A model generated the notes under the pieces. The model was not told the DNA's origin, did not search any database, and worked only from the letters and a program-made list of their open reading frames with translations. The position numbers and the translations under genes were made by a program. From positions 259,560-323,559 of the forward strand of contig MU004202.1 in NCBI GenBank assembly GCA_010093605.1: a stretch of DNA of 64,000 nt, read 5' to 3'. This stretch comes from Lophium mytilinum (taxonomy: Eukaryota). Below are positions 25,676 through 37,307 of this stretch, one piece after another; the first letter of the stretch is position 1, and each line of letters opens with the position of its first letter.

Positions 25676-26365
25676 CTACGCGGTCGTAGTTTTGTTTATC
25701 TTAATGCATGATCCATCTTCCGGCAGTGCCCCAAGCTCATCGATATCGCGCATGGCGTCGAGCAATTCGCCGAGTCGTAGCCCATTAGAGTTCCGGATAG
25801 TGGCATAAGCCCAGACACAATCCCATGCGGAGGTTTCGTCCGCGTAGATACCAATAGAAAGCTGTGTCAAAAGAGGGATTGAGATAAACATGTCCCGGCA
25901 AGACGCCTCCTTGTGCTGGAAACCTTTACAAAGAATCGGAGATTTCCCATCATGGTCGAAGTTCAGTCGCATTATTTCCGGTTGTTCCGGGTCGCGTTGA
26001 TATAACAAAGGAGTTTTCTTGCTTTTGGTGAAGAAATTCGCCAGTACTGGATTCATTGGTCTGCTAATCGTGAACAAATCACCGCGGAAACAGATTGGCC
26101 AGATCGTCCATAGGCTACCAGGAAGCTGTACCTCCACAGGGGGTTTCAGGCGCGTCAGCTGGCATTTCCACATCCAGTGCCGAAGGGTCGGAGAGCTGTC
26201 CACTACCGCTTTCCACTGATTGCAAACTTGGGCAAAGCGGATCAGGTCTGGGACGTCAAGATTAGAGGCGATGCGTTCAATCAACTCCGCAATTTCGAGG
26301 GCGTGTGGATCTCGAGGGCTTTTGGGTAGCAATTCTGGCGACATGGGTTGCGAGAGTTGGGCCAT
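25676..26365 (-). CDS. F-box domain protein (may have a further short 3' exon)
   Basis: ALEIAELIERIASNLDVPDLIRFAQVCNQWKAVVDSSPTLR F-box; NPVL, ASCRDMFISIP and NGLRLGEL motifs of a common fungal F-box family. Confidence 0.8.
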   Translation of the reverse strand: MAQLSQPMSPELLPKSPRDPHALEIAELIERIASNLDVPDLIRFAQVCNQWKAVVDSSPTLRHWMWKCQLTRLKPPVEVQLPGSLWTIWPICFRGDLFTISRPMNPVLANFFTKSKKTPLLYQRDPEQPEIMRLNFDHDGKSPILCKGFQHKEASCRDMFISIPLLTQLSIGIYADETSAWDCVWAYATIRNSNGLRLGELLDAMRDIDELGALPEDGSCIKINKTTTA

Positions 26366-26870
26366 GGCCTAGGAATATGTGTGGGATGTGAAATTGTTCG
26401 AGAAGGGTCTGTGTTCGCTGAAGAGGTCTTGATGAACAGGATCGGGTGGTAAGAAAGGTATTGGAATGGAGTTGGTGGTTTGCGAAAATGAAATGGAGAC
26501 AGATTGCAGTTCATTTCAACCACGGTTGATGCGCCCCTTAGCGCAAGATAATGATGGTTCAGCTCCAGTCACCTTCATGGCACCTGGTCTACCAATCGCT
26601 TGAAAAAATTGACCGGAGATGACTTACAACAGCGGAGCAAGGTATTACAAGCAGCACCCGAGGACTTAAAGGACTCAACTTCGTCACGTGATCTTTATGT
26701 GTGCATCGGATTTCTTGTGCTACCCATACCCTCACTTCTCCTGGCGAAGAACACTTCCATCTCAATGCTAAAATTGAGCCGAACAATCCGCTCATTCGTT
26801 CTTCCATAACTTCCCCGTCCTCGAATCTCCCCAATCCCGCTCCCCTCTCGCCTGTCAGTCACAAACCCAC

Positions 26871-27254
26871 CTACGTATCAAACTGCCACTTCTGCAACCC
26901 TCCTCTAAACCCCTCCCTCGGCGGCGCCCTACTCGTAACCGGTCTCACATTGGCCGTCTGCGAATAGGCCTGCGCTGCCGCCGCACATACCTTCTTGTGC
27001 TTCTTCATATCGGCTTTCTGGCAGTCGCGCCCGCAGTAGGAGACCGAGTGGCATTTGATGCAGTCTTTGAACGGCTTCTCGGATTCAGCGGGCGGTTCTG
27101 GGGTGGAACAGTGCGCGCATTTCTTGATGGGGTTTGGTGTGGAAGAAGATGGTTCTGATGGATTCTCTTGGCTTTGTGCTTGAGGTGTTTGAGATGATTC
27201 GGACGGAGCGGTTTGGTTCTCTGGGAGTGACGAAGAAGGATTTGAGGACGCCAT
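26871..27254 (-). CDS. Small MYND-type zinc-finger protein
   Basis: CAHC...CIKCHSVSYCGRDCQKADMKKHKKVC. Confidence 0.88.
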   Translation of the reverse strand: MASSNPSSSLPENQTAPSESSQTPQAQSQENPSEPSSSTPNPIKKCAHCSTPEPPAESEKPFKDCIKCHSVSYCGRDCQKADMKKHKKVCAAAAQAYSQTANVRPVTSRAPPREGFRGGLQKWQFDT

Positions 27255-28628
27255 TTTGATACTCTTCTTTGGGGCCGTCAGATATTTGAGTCCTCATGTG
27301 AGGAGTTGTAGGGCGAAAAGGATAATGAAGGATTCCCTTACCGGGCTTCGAGCCTACTAGGAGAGGACGTGTTATAGCGGCAGTGAGATGCCTCACGGTT
27401 GTTGCTAGTTGAGTCAGGAACTGTGTTTTGGAGATGTAGAATTTTGGTTAGGGCCTGTGTGGCTTTGAAGTCGAAGTCGCGAAAAGTCGTTTCGTCCTTA
27501 TGGTGCGCCGTATTCTAAATCTCGCAGTATGTACACCCGTAGCGACAAGACCCTTCAACCTTCATCACATGTTTCCATCCCCAACCTTAATCCTAACACG
27601 AGGACCGACTTATATATCATTCCGTATATTCTGGTAGTGAAGACTATGCCGGTGGTGCTCTCACCAGTAAATTTTCCGTGGGTGTTGTAGCGAAAGATCA
27701 ATTAGGGCGAGATTGATAGGGACGCCCTGTGAAGGACGCGTCCAAATTGCGAAGTTCTCGAAGTCGTCGTATGCTTGTATTATAGTAGACCCTTTCGTCC
27801 CTACACTGCTCTTAGGTAGGTTCGCGAGTCTTTTGCAAAGCCTTTGTTGTCACACTCCTTGCGCGCCAGATGTCTACAGAATAACGTGGCCCGTTAGCGA
27901 ATACGACGTGACTTTATCGCTCATGGGTTGCGAACTCTCCACTCCCACTGCTACACGGTAATTTTACCTCCTTTTTCATAAACCTATGAACGTGAGGACG
28001 CGTTGGCATTTGAGCACTTTTGAAAGGACTGAAGATCATTTGCCCTCTTGAGCACAGGCTTCTAGACCGCAAGCTCAGGGATGCGGGATGCGGCTCCAAC
28101 GGGATCCATGCGCCCGTCAGCCCGGGGAGCGCCGCTCGCCCCACATTCCCCTTTTCCAAATCCGTTCTAACAGTCCTTGGATGACTTAAATTTCTGCGGC
28201 ACAGATGGGATTCTCTACAAACGGTCCAAGCAGAGGGAAGCAAAGACAGAAGAGCGGCATTACAGCTCGGCTACGGAGAACAGCAGAGATACCGCTCATT
28301 AGTGGCACCATCACGGATACGAGCGTGATGGGCACCGACGGATGACAACGAATCTTCCAAGAAGCACTGACACACCCCGGCTCGGTAGCCTTTCTAGGTT
28401 ACGACCTTCTCAAAATAGAGCCCCTAGCATTGGATGCCGCGTGTTTCCCCTGACATGGCTGCGTTGTTCCACGACAGTGATCGACGTCACTTGTTCAAAA
28501 GTCTTTCCATCTGCTCTTTTTCTCCCTCACCTCACTCTCTTTCTCCCACCACACCCTCCACAACATTCTTTCTGTAATTAATTATCTTATAGTCACTCGC
28601 TTTTAATTGTCTGCCCCCCTTCATCCTC

Positions 28629-29600
28629 ATGCGTCTTTCATCCACACTCCTCGGCGTTGCGGCCGTTCTCGGCGCCGCAGAGGCCCAACTTCGCGGCTTC
28701 AACTATGGCGCCAACTTCCTGAACAACCAGGCAAAAGTGCAAGCCGACTTTGAATACGAGTTCAACAAGGCCAAGAGCCTGCCAGGAACCTCCGGATGGA
28801 CCAGCGCTCGGCTCTACACCACGATCCAACACGGCACCACCAAAGACCCAATCTCTGCCATCCCAGCCGCCATCAACACCAAGACGAAGCTGCTCCTCGG
28901 TCTATGGGCGTCCGGCACCACTGCTGCTGCTGGCCAAGCCAACATCAACAATGAGATTGCTGCTCTCAAGTCAGCCATTGCCAAATACGGCACCAAGTTC
29001 ACCGACCTTGTCGTCGGTATCTCCGTCGGCAGCGAAGACCTTTACCGCATCACACCCACCGGTATCAAAAACAAAGCCGGCGCTGGTGCTCAGCCCGCTG
29101 ACTTGATCAAATACGTCAAGCAGCTCCGCGCCGCGATCAAGGGCACCAAGCTCGCCAGCACCCCCGTCGGTCACGTCGACACCTGGACCGTGTACCCCAA
29201 CGCCACCAATGCTGCTTTCATCTCGAACCTCGACTTCCTCGGCGTCGACGCATACCCATACTTCCAGACCACCATGGCCAACTCCATCGGCCATGCCAAC
29301 GCTACGTTCTACGATGCGTACAACCAAGTCAAGAACGTTAAGGCTGCCAAGGGAAAGGCTATCTGGATCACCGAGACTGGATGGCCGGTTAGCGGACCGA
29401 AGCAGAACCAGGCTGTGGCTAGCGCGGCTAACGCCCGCATCTACTGGCAGGATGTTGCTTGCAGTCTGCTGGCTAAGAAGGTTAACCTTTTCTGGTATGA
29501 TCTTCAGGAGGCTCAGTACGGAAACCCGAGCCCTGACTTTGGTATCTTTGGTGCGGGTGATTTGGGCACGTTGAAGCCGCGCTACAGCCTCTCCTGTTAA
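28629..29600 (+). CDS. Secreted GH17 beta-1,3-glucanase/glucanosyltransferase (EglC/Bgt2-like, no GPI tail)
   Basis: Signal peptide; GFNYGA, SARLYT, LLLGLWAS, ISVGSEDLYR, GHVDTW, DAYPYFQ, WITETGWP (both catalytic Glu present). Confidence 0.93.
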   Translation: MRLSSTLLGVAAVLGAAEAQLRGFNYGANFLNNQAKVQADFEYEFNKAKSLPGTSGWTSARLYTTIQHGTTKDPISAIPAAINTKTKLLLGLWASGTTAAAGQANINNEIAALKSAIAKYGTKFTDLVVGISVGSEDLYRITPTGIKNKAGAGAQPADLIKYVKQLRAAIKGTKLASTPVGHVDTWTVYPNATNAAFISNLDFLGVDAYPYFQTTMANSIGHANATFYDAYNQVKNVKAAKGKAIWITETGWPVSGPKQNQAVASAANARIYWQDVACSLLAKKVNLFWYDLQEAQYGNPSPDFGIFGAGDLGTLKPRYSLSC

Positions 29601-30211
29601 ATGTTTGATCTCGATTTGAACTGGAAGAGCAAAAAGTGTATGGTTTCGGGTATGCATAGCGAAGGATAGCAGGCAACATAGGGCAACGGGCCTGTCACAA
29701 TCCTTTATTTTAATTGTCCCTTTAGGGCACAAAAGTTTGGATGGAGTTAGACAGTACATAATCAAAGAAGTGCTGCAATGAACAAGAATACTCAGTACTT
29801 CGTGTCTGTCATCTTTACCGTACTAAAGTCTGGGGAGCTGATCGCTCGCCAAACTATTCTTCCAGCCCTTTTCTGGCATCCTGTGGTTAGCGCATCTCGT
29901 GAATGATCAGGCTCTATACCCCTGCAACAGTCATTCTGGCCACCGGAATGCCTCTCATCTGCTTCCACTATTTCTGTGTATTGGTACGCCTGTATAGCAC
30001 CGTCTGGGGTCCTCCAGTATTCTATTACTATTGGAAAAACGGCAAACTTGGCGAACCTGTAAGCTCTCCGAGCCACCTCAGACGGTGTTGAACTGCTCGA
30101 GTGTGTACCGTAATTTATCCTTACAGCCACCTCTGCACGCTAACCATAGGACGAGAGAAGAGGCTGTACATAGACCATATTACGCTCGCCAGTCCTCCCT
30201 AAGTACTCTCT

Positions 30212-31350
30212 TCATCTACCAACATCAATAACAACCTTTCCAATATGCTTCTGCGCCCACAAATACTCAAACGCCTCCCTTGCCTCCCCAAACCCAAAAA
30301 CCCTCTTATCGACGACAGGCCTGAAATCCCAATCCTCCATCTTCCCCACCATCTCCTCATACTGCTCCCTCGACCCCGCCAAAATCCCCCTCACGTTCGC
30401 CGCTCGCGGCAACACGTCCATCAACCCCGGCCCGGGGCCACCAGTATCCCCAGCCGTAATGAATCCCACCACCGCCACCGTCCCATCATACCTAACCGCC
30501 TGCAAACTCTGCCCCAACGTCCCAGCCCCACCAACATCCACCACCAAATCCACCCCCTCTCCGTCCTTTGTCAACTTCCTCGCTGTCTCCCCCCACCTCT
30601 CATCCTCCCTATAATTCAGCACCTCATCCACTCCCACCTCTTTCAACCACTTCACCTTCTCTTCAGAAGAGGTCGTCCCAATCACCCTCGCCCCCGCGTG
30701 CACCGCAAACCCCGCCGCAAACATCGCCACCGCCCCCGTCCCCTGCGTCAGCACCACATCCCCCTTCCTGACCCCCCTTGGCCCGCTGCCCCCCGCGATA
30801 CCAGGCAAGCCGGACCCGAAGAGCGCGTTCCACGCCGTCAGCCCCGCGACGCCGATGGTCGCGGCTTCGAGAAAGCTGAGGTGGGAGGGGTAGCGCGCGA
30901 CCCAGCTGGCGGGGACGACGACGTGGCGGCGTAGGAGGCCGGGGAGGTTTCCGTCGCCGAGGGCGGCATGGGTGGTGGTAGTCATGGGGCCGGTGGTGTA
31001 GAGGGGGGCGGGAAGGAGGATGACGGGGGTGCCAACGGGGAGGGTAGAGATGGCGGAGCCGGTGGCGAGGATGAGGGCGGAGGCGTCGTTGGTGGGGACG
31101 AGGGGGAAGGTTGTGGGGAAGGGGTAGAGGCCCTAGGGGGTGTGAGCTATAGGGGGCTTAGGGGAGGGGGAACGGGGCGTACGCGGGCGATGGCGAGGTC
31201 ACGGTAGTTGAGGGCGACGGCTTTGATTTCGAGGAGGACGTCGTCAGGGCCGAGGGGTTGGATGGGGACGGAATTGTTTTGGTGGAGGGCGAAGGTGGTG
31301 GAGGAGGCGGATTCGAGGACCCATTCGTCGGTTTTGGTAGGTAGAGCCAT
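30212..31350 (-). CDS. Medium-chain dehydrogenase/reductase (zinc-type ADH-like, quinone-reductase branch), 2 exons
   Basis: AVALNYRD|GLYP after one intron at about 31180-31133; EAATIGVAGLTAWNAL, VLTQGTGAV, VDVGG, PVVDKRVF, HIGKVVI. No Zn-ligand Cys cluster. Confidence 0.88.
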
Positions 31351-32642
31351 GCTAGTTGGAGTTGTTGAGGATTGCCCAGAGTTAGGGAGTCTGAAGTAGG
31401 AGGCTAATAGTTTGCTATTGACCAAGACGACGTAACGATAATACTCTTATATATATCGAGCGCGGAGAAGGCATGCTTGAGTAGGTATTCCACAGTTGAC
31501 AAATCCATGGGGCGAGAAATGTGAGTATCAAATGCCTCTCGGTTTCTATTGATTGACACCGGTAACTCACTAGATCGAGCGGAACCTCGCGCACATAAGA
31601 GGAAAATAGTATGAGAGGGTTTCTTGAGTGAAGCGTGGTAATTACCAATCACGTGTTACGGATTAGGTAAATGACTCAATTTGACGAATATGGCAAGTAT
31701 AGCTGAAACAAAGAGCTTAAAGCACTTCCAATGAGTTAAGAAAGGTAAAATACAAAGCGTTCAGCTGAAGCGTGAAGTAATGAAAGTACAGTACCACCAT
31801 GAGTCGGGCCGCACGTGACATGTGCTCCATTGCTTGCTTGGGTTGCCAATACGAGAAGCTAAGCATTACTTCCAGAGCCTGAAAGCCTTTTCATTAAATG
31901 ACAGCTTATACGTAGCTGCTTTAAAACTCAAAGCGAATTTAGACTTCGGGAATCTGGCAAACGAGTCTCATGGCCTGCTACGGATGGATGGCTGCGATTG
32001 AACCTTTTCCGCTGAAAGAAATTGTAGAGTGGCATCTTCCATTTGTGATTAACGCTGGGGTAATGGGGCGATCGTTGAGTGATGCGATGGCCGTGCTAGT
32101 ACTTTCTTTTCCTCAGAGGACGCTGGTGATTGGGAAGGGTGAGGGCCTGGACGTCTGCTTCTCGTTCGTCCTTGGAACTCCATCTTTCAGAACATTGAAT
32201 GGCCTCTTTCTTGATCTATGACAACCTCAAGACTAGGCGATTTAGTCGCCCACGGTAGTGCCGCCGCATCGACAGCGAGGCTAGCAACTCATGATGTTGC
32301 CTGTTCGATTCGCTCCTAAACTCGAATTTCCCGCACGATTTGATCCCATGAATCAAGGGGATCTTTCGAGGATCGTAGATCGTGTGGGCCAAATTCCAGT
32401 ACGAGCACGGCACACATACTTTTATGGCTTTCCCGTAACAAATGACAACACTTTGCGGGTTCCGCACTCTCTCGTAATTTAGAGAGTCAAAGAGCGGTGA
32501 CAGAACATGGCGTCTTGGTTATAGCGGGAATGACAAATGAAGCGGCATCCGGAGAAAGAGAGGGAGAAAAGACACGGGGAGGAGTGGCCCAACGATCGCA
32601 AAATGATGCATTAGATGTATGTACTTTCTCTGAAGGAACGGA

Positions 32643-32890
32643 TACCTGGCACGCTGGGCATGAAAAAAGTGGCACACTCACCAAGATCTATCTTTTGCGG
32701 TCGTGTGTACGCCTGTCTGCCACTGCTTGGAGTGCTTCAACAGGTTTCCAAATAGTCCAAAGCTAAAACGTTCTATCTCTTTTACATTTCCAAAGATGTG
32801 TTGAAGGACCCCAAACAGCGGCAGACAAGTGTATAAGAGGCAATTGCGAATTGAGTGTGCCACCTTTTTCATGCCCCGCGTGCCTGGATA
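32643..32890. mobile_element. MITE family A, full-length copy of about 250 bp with about 110-bp imperfect terminal inverted repeats
   Basis: The left arm CTGGCACGCTGGGCATGAAAAAAGTGGCACACTCA...TGTCTGCCACTGCTTGGAGTGCTTCAACA pairs with the right arm TGTTGAAGGACCCCAAACAGCGGCAGACA...TGAGTGTGCCACCTTTTTCATGCCCCGCGTGCCTGG. Non-coding; related copies at 21.6 and 25.2 kb. Confidence 0.85.
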
Positions 32891-33041
32891 GGGCGTAGTG
32901 CCAAGCCTGATGACAAGTCCGCGGAAACTCCGCTCGTACCATACAAACACTTTGGAACAGAGCACCTTACCTTACCATATTCTAGCCAACAGCAGTCTCT
33001 AATTCTCTCCTTACCCTCTTTCGCACCCATACTGAACAAAA

Positions 33042-33761
33042 ATGGCCACCGATGTCGCGAGTACAAACAGCCCGAGCACAGAAGAGCACGAGCGGGCCGC
33101 TTACCTCCTGGACGCACAGACCAAAGCCCTCGGACTTTTCGAAGAAATCGAGCGCGACCTGATTCGCCCAGGCATTAGCGAAAAGACGCTGAGCAACGAG
33201 ATCCACGATCTTGGCAACAAACGCCACGGCGTGCGTACGCATTGGCACAAACGGGTCGTTAGGAGCGGACCTAACACTTTGATGCCCTATGCCGAGAACC
33301 CGCCGGACCGCATCATCCAGGAGGACGATATCCTCTTTGTCGATCTAGGACCGGTGTTCGAGGCTTGGGAAGCTGATTTTGGGCGCACTTTTGTGCTGGG
33401 CGATGACCCGATCAAGAAGAAGCTGCGTGATTCGCTGGAACCCACTTGGAATGCGGTTAAGACGAAATTTCTAGAGGATCCGGATATGACGGGTGAGCAG
33501 CTGTATGGTATTGCGTGTGATTTAGGGAAGGAAGCTGGGTGGGAGTTTGGCGGGCAGATTGCTGGACATCTGGTTGGCCAGTTTCCACATGAGCGAATTC
33601 CGAATGACAAGATTACTCTTTACATCACGAAGGGCAATAAGGAACGGATGAGCCGTGTCGATAAGAATGGGAAGAAGCGGCACTGGATTCTGGAGATTCA
33701 TCTTGTGGACCGTGAACGCCAGATAGGCGCGTTTATGGAGCAGCTCTTGACGGTAGGCTAG
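33042..33761 (+). CDS. M24 family metallopeptidase, single catalytic domain, intronless, bacterial-type
   Basis: HWHKRVVRSG.NT, DLGP, ADFGRT, AGHLVG.FPHE, WILEIH, FMEQL: the full D-D-H-E-E metal ligand set. Confidence 0.88.
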   Translation: MATDVASTNSPSTEEHERAAYLLDAQTKALGLFEEIERDLIRPGISEKTLSNEIHDLGNKRHGVRTHWHKRVVRSGPNTLMPYAENPPDRIIQEDDILFVDLGPVFEAWEADFGRTFVLGDDPIKKKLRDSLEPTWNAVKTKFLEDPDMTGEQLYGIACDLGKEAGWEFGGQIAGHLVGQFPHERIPNDKITLYITKGNKERMSRVDKNGKKRHWILEIHLVDRERQIGAFMEQLLTVG

Positions 33762-34033
33762 TTGTGAGATGCTAAGTTGGTATAAGGGTAGTCGACTATG
33801 TACGTGGGAAAAGAATCCCAAGTCAACCCTAGTTCTATCATATTCGAGTCTCAATCTGATTTGTGGCCACTACACAACTTTTGATTGGCATTGATCAGAC
33901 CTATCGTCTTCCATTCTTAGCCAATCAAGGCTAGTATAACTTTAGTTTTGACCAATCGGTTCATTGGCTGTGTCGAGTATTATAGATAATGATGTCAACG
34001 CTACTTAGACGTCTATCAGGACAGCCATGGCCA

Positions 34034-35992
34034 TTAAACAAGTTCAAAGACCTCCACTACTGAATCTCCCTCTAGAATCTCACCATCCATCACGCCATGA
34101 ACATAAGCATCCCCAAGAAGGACCCGCCTCCCATTCCTCTCCATCCTAAGAACATAAGGCACCGCAGCACCAAGAACCACGACCGCTTCATCCCCGCTTT
34201 TCAAGTCCTTCGGACCAACGCCAACATACCCGTTCTCTGTTATGAACGGTCTTCGGCCAGCATTATGTGCAAGCATCCCCATATAGTTATTGAACTGGCC
34301 CATATTACTCTTCAACGCCATCGCGAAAGAAGCCGCGCCTGTCGTAGACCCGTTCGCCACCGCATCCATTGCGTTGTAATACGCACGTATCACTGCTATG
34401 AGGCTTTCTAACAGGATCTCACTCTGCCCCGTCGCGCGCGTAACGTTCCCTGTCTCGGGCGATTCCTCTTTATCCGCAACGGGGATCCGATACTGTGCTG
34501 GCTCGAACCAGTCCGGCTCGAATTGGTCAATGTCTTTACTAGATGCGCCATAGGGACAGATATCCAAAGAGGCGGTTTGCCGGAGGTAGGTGTCAATCTG
34601 CACGATGAACTGGTGGCAGGCTGCGAGGCTAGGGACTGGGTCGGTCTCAGTCCTGCTCAGGACATCTCCCGTTTCTTTGACAGTGCCGATCCGACAGCCT
34701 TCGATAGCGAGAACGCGAGGATCAGACGGTAGAGCTCGTGGGAAGGCCGTCCAATTCGGCTTGTGCCCTGCCCGGAATGGCTTGTTGGTGCTGCTGGACT
34801 CGTTGGGCGAGACTGGAATATCCTCACGCAGGTCTGGCACCCACGAAGGAAGCGCAGAATGCGGATTATACTTGCAGAGCTGGAGGTACGAAACATGCCC
34901 CTGCTTAAGAAGCTTCGTCACCGTCTCCGTATAAACCTCCTCAACCGACTTCTTGTAATCAGGCACAATCCCCAGCGCCTCAAAGTCACTCGCCAGCCCC
35001 AAGAGCGCGTAAACCTTATCCTTCGGATCCGTCGCCCTGAGCCTGACATCCAGAATACTCAGCACGTTGAATCTCCACAGCAGATCCGCTACGCGTGGTT
35101 TATAGCCTTCCATGACGCCTTTGTACTGATGTCGAGCAATGAAGATCCCGTTCGCAGCGCTAGCGATCGGACTCTTATGAAACGCTTGGATCTGCCCATC
35201 CTTCAGGTCCAGCCAGTCGTGCGTACTGACCAAATTGTGCGCCTGCCCGTAAAACAGCGGTCCCACCAGCGTCATCGAATACTCAAACGCATCAAGCCTC
35301 ACCCGCTTCCTCCCACACTGAAACCACACCTCCCTCGCCACCGCAAACTCCTGCAGCACCCACGCGCGGTACCACCATTCCCGCGTCACCAGATCCCGGT
35401 ACCCGTCCACCATCGTCCCAAACGAGGGCTTCTTGTAGTACTCCACGATCTCCGGATTCTGCTCAATCATCCTCCGAGTCCGTTCGATCACGCCCGCGCT
35501 CCCGCGGATAGTCGTCGGTTGCTCGCCCATCTCGATGTACTTCCGGCTGGCCGGCTCGAAGGAGTCCATAATGAGGCCGCTGATTTCCCCTGCCTGGCCC
35601 AGCCAGACGAGCGTGTGGGAGGCGGCGGCGTAGATGGTTACCATGCGCAGGACTTGGGCGCTGCGTTCGGAGGTGTTTGATTGATCGATGCAGAGGGCGT
35701 CGATCCATAGCACTACTTCTGAGGTGGGGTTTTGGATGTGTGAGAGAGCTGTGGCGAGGTTGGGTGTGATTTGGATGATGCGGTTGTTTAGAATGAGGGG
35801 CTGGAGGTTGGTGGAGGAGCCCCAGACGTAGGATAGTGCTACGTAGGGTGGGGCGTTGTCTAAAGTGGTCGTTTGTAGGGTTCCGTGGAGTAAGGCGTTG
35901 GTTGGGTCTTGAGCGGCTTTGTGGAGCTTGGGGTGGAGATGGAGGAGGCGAATCTGACCTTTAGTCAGGGGCTCGTAGAGAGGTAAGGACAT
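34034..35992 (-). CDS. Heterokaryon incompatibility (HET-6-like) domain protein
   Basis: IRLLHL, YVALSYVWG, LWIDALCIDQ..ERSAQV..M..IY..A, WWYRAWVLQE, ATDPKDKVYALLGL, LPSWVPD, GDAYVHGVMDGE. Confidence 0.93.
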   Translation of the reverse strand: MSLPLYEPLTKGQIRLLHLHPKLHKAAQDPTNALLHGTLQTTTLDNAPPYVALSYVWGSSTNLQPLILNNRIIQITPNLATALSHIQNPTSEVVLWIDALCIDQSNTSERSAQVLRMVTIYAAASHTLVWLGQAGEISGLIMDSFEPASRKYIEMGEQPTTIRGSAGVIERTRRMIEQNPEIVEYYKKPSFGTMVDGYRDLVTREWWYRAWVLQEFAVAREVWFQCGRKRVRLDAFEYSMTLVGPLFYGQAHNLVSTHDWLDLKDGQIQAFHKSPIASAANGIFIARHQYKGVMEGYKPRVADLLWRFNVLSILDVRLRATDPKDKVYALLGLASDFEALGIVPDYKKSVEEVYTETVTKLLKQGHVSYLQLCKYNPHSALPSWVPDLREDIPVSPNESSSTNKPFRAGHKPNWTAFPRALPSDPRVLAIEGCRIGTVKETGDVLSRTETDPVPSLAACHQFIVQIDTYLRQTASLDICPYGASSKDIDQFEPDWFEPAQYRIPVADKEESPETGNVTRATGQSEILLESLIAVIRAYYNAMDAVANGSTTGAASFAMALKSNMGQFNNYMGMLAHNAGRRPFITENGYVGVGPKDLKSGDEAVVVLGAAVPYVLRMERNGRRVLLGDAYVHGVMDGEILEGDSVVEVFELV

Positions 35993-37307
35993 GGTTACGA
36001 TGAGTAAGGCTCGCCGTTCTCGAAGTGGAACTTCTTATTCTATTTGATGACAACGAAACTTATATGGACTGCCCGGGTTGAAAAAACAGGTTTCTTTGCC
36101 AAGTGCGGCTGAGCAGCTGAGAAAAAGAAACAGTGTTGGTATTTCCATAAAGTAGTTAGACCTCTGCTTATTCTGAAAAGAGACTCACCACTCCAGAACG
36201 GCTAAGAAGTGCTTCGAGCACTGCTTTCCTAACGTATCGTGAAGTAAGAGAAAAACTTAGCCTTTCATCTCCGCCGTTTGCAAAACATGCACCACTTATG
36301 AGCCTGCTCAGATATATGTATCCAGAAACTTGTGCTAGCTTTCCATAGCTTCAGTTAGCGGTTAATTTTGCAGCGCTTTCACGCATCCTCAAAAAGTTGT
36401 AGTATAGTCCTAGGCCACAAGTCTGGGCACACGGACTCCTTATAGCTCCGCTCAAATGTGCCCACTCAACACCACTGTCCGGGGTAGCCTGGCTGCTGAG
36501 CAGGCAAGTGGTTAAGACGCAGTCTAATCCGCACTGCTTGAAGCTTAGCATCACCTTTAAGTCTTCAAAACCTTGTTGGGGTACCCCAAACAGTGGCGTA
36601 CCAGTGTGGCCAGACTTGTGGCTTGTCACGGTATTTTGCCCGAGGCTTGAAGCGATATATCCGACCTGAGTAAGGCACGTGACTCGCGAGGGACTTTCCT
36701 GGTGGTGTCCTGCAAATAATGCGTAGTGTTCAAATCCATGAATGGCGTACTTAAGAAGCATCGCATCTCCGTTAGAATAATGGTTGTATCAGCTTTGGCC
36801 GCCTAACACGAAAATTGAGTCCGGGCTACTCCGATCTTCCAAACAAGTTTACGCTAGAAATTAGTAGTGCTTTACACTACTATGACTGAATGTACGGGCA
36901 TACTTTCACACTAGATTTGGTATCACGTGCCTGCTTGGTTTTCTCTGGTACGGGTTAGCGTTGGTCGTTATCAATGGCCAATCAAAGGCAGCGGTCATTC
37001 AAATTGAAATTCCCGCTCTCTGCTATAGCAAACCAACATTTGCAATCACCAATTAATAATGAAAGAGGCGAAGCCTGAATTAACTATCTTTGAAAGCAGT
37101 TATCTTTCGAGTGGATTGTGCTGATGCGGTAGCGGAGATTCAGTTTGAATATAACCGCTGCTTATGGAGGATTTGTCTATAAGCATTTCTTATAGCGCTC
37201 AACAGCTCTTATAAAGTCATCCATCTCGGCAACGTTTTAGAGTGTATACTTCTCCTCAGCATCGCATCCTCTTACCTTTCTTTCAACTCCAACAAAAGAT
37301 ACACAAC

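Noticed and set aside
28971..29765. 264-aa minus-strand ORF over the GH17 gene; similar long antisense ORFs at 30245..30934, 34763..35680 and 39611..40324
   Set aside because: Antisense artefacts of biased codon usage in real genes
29792..30231. Short ORFs between the GH17 and MDR genes
   Set aside because: Lie in convergent 3' regions and show no motifs
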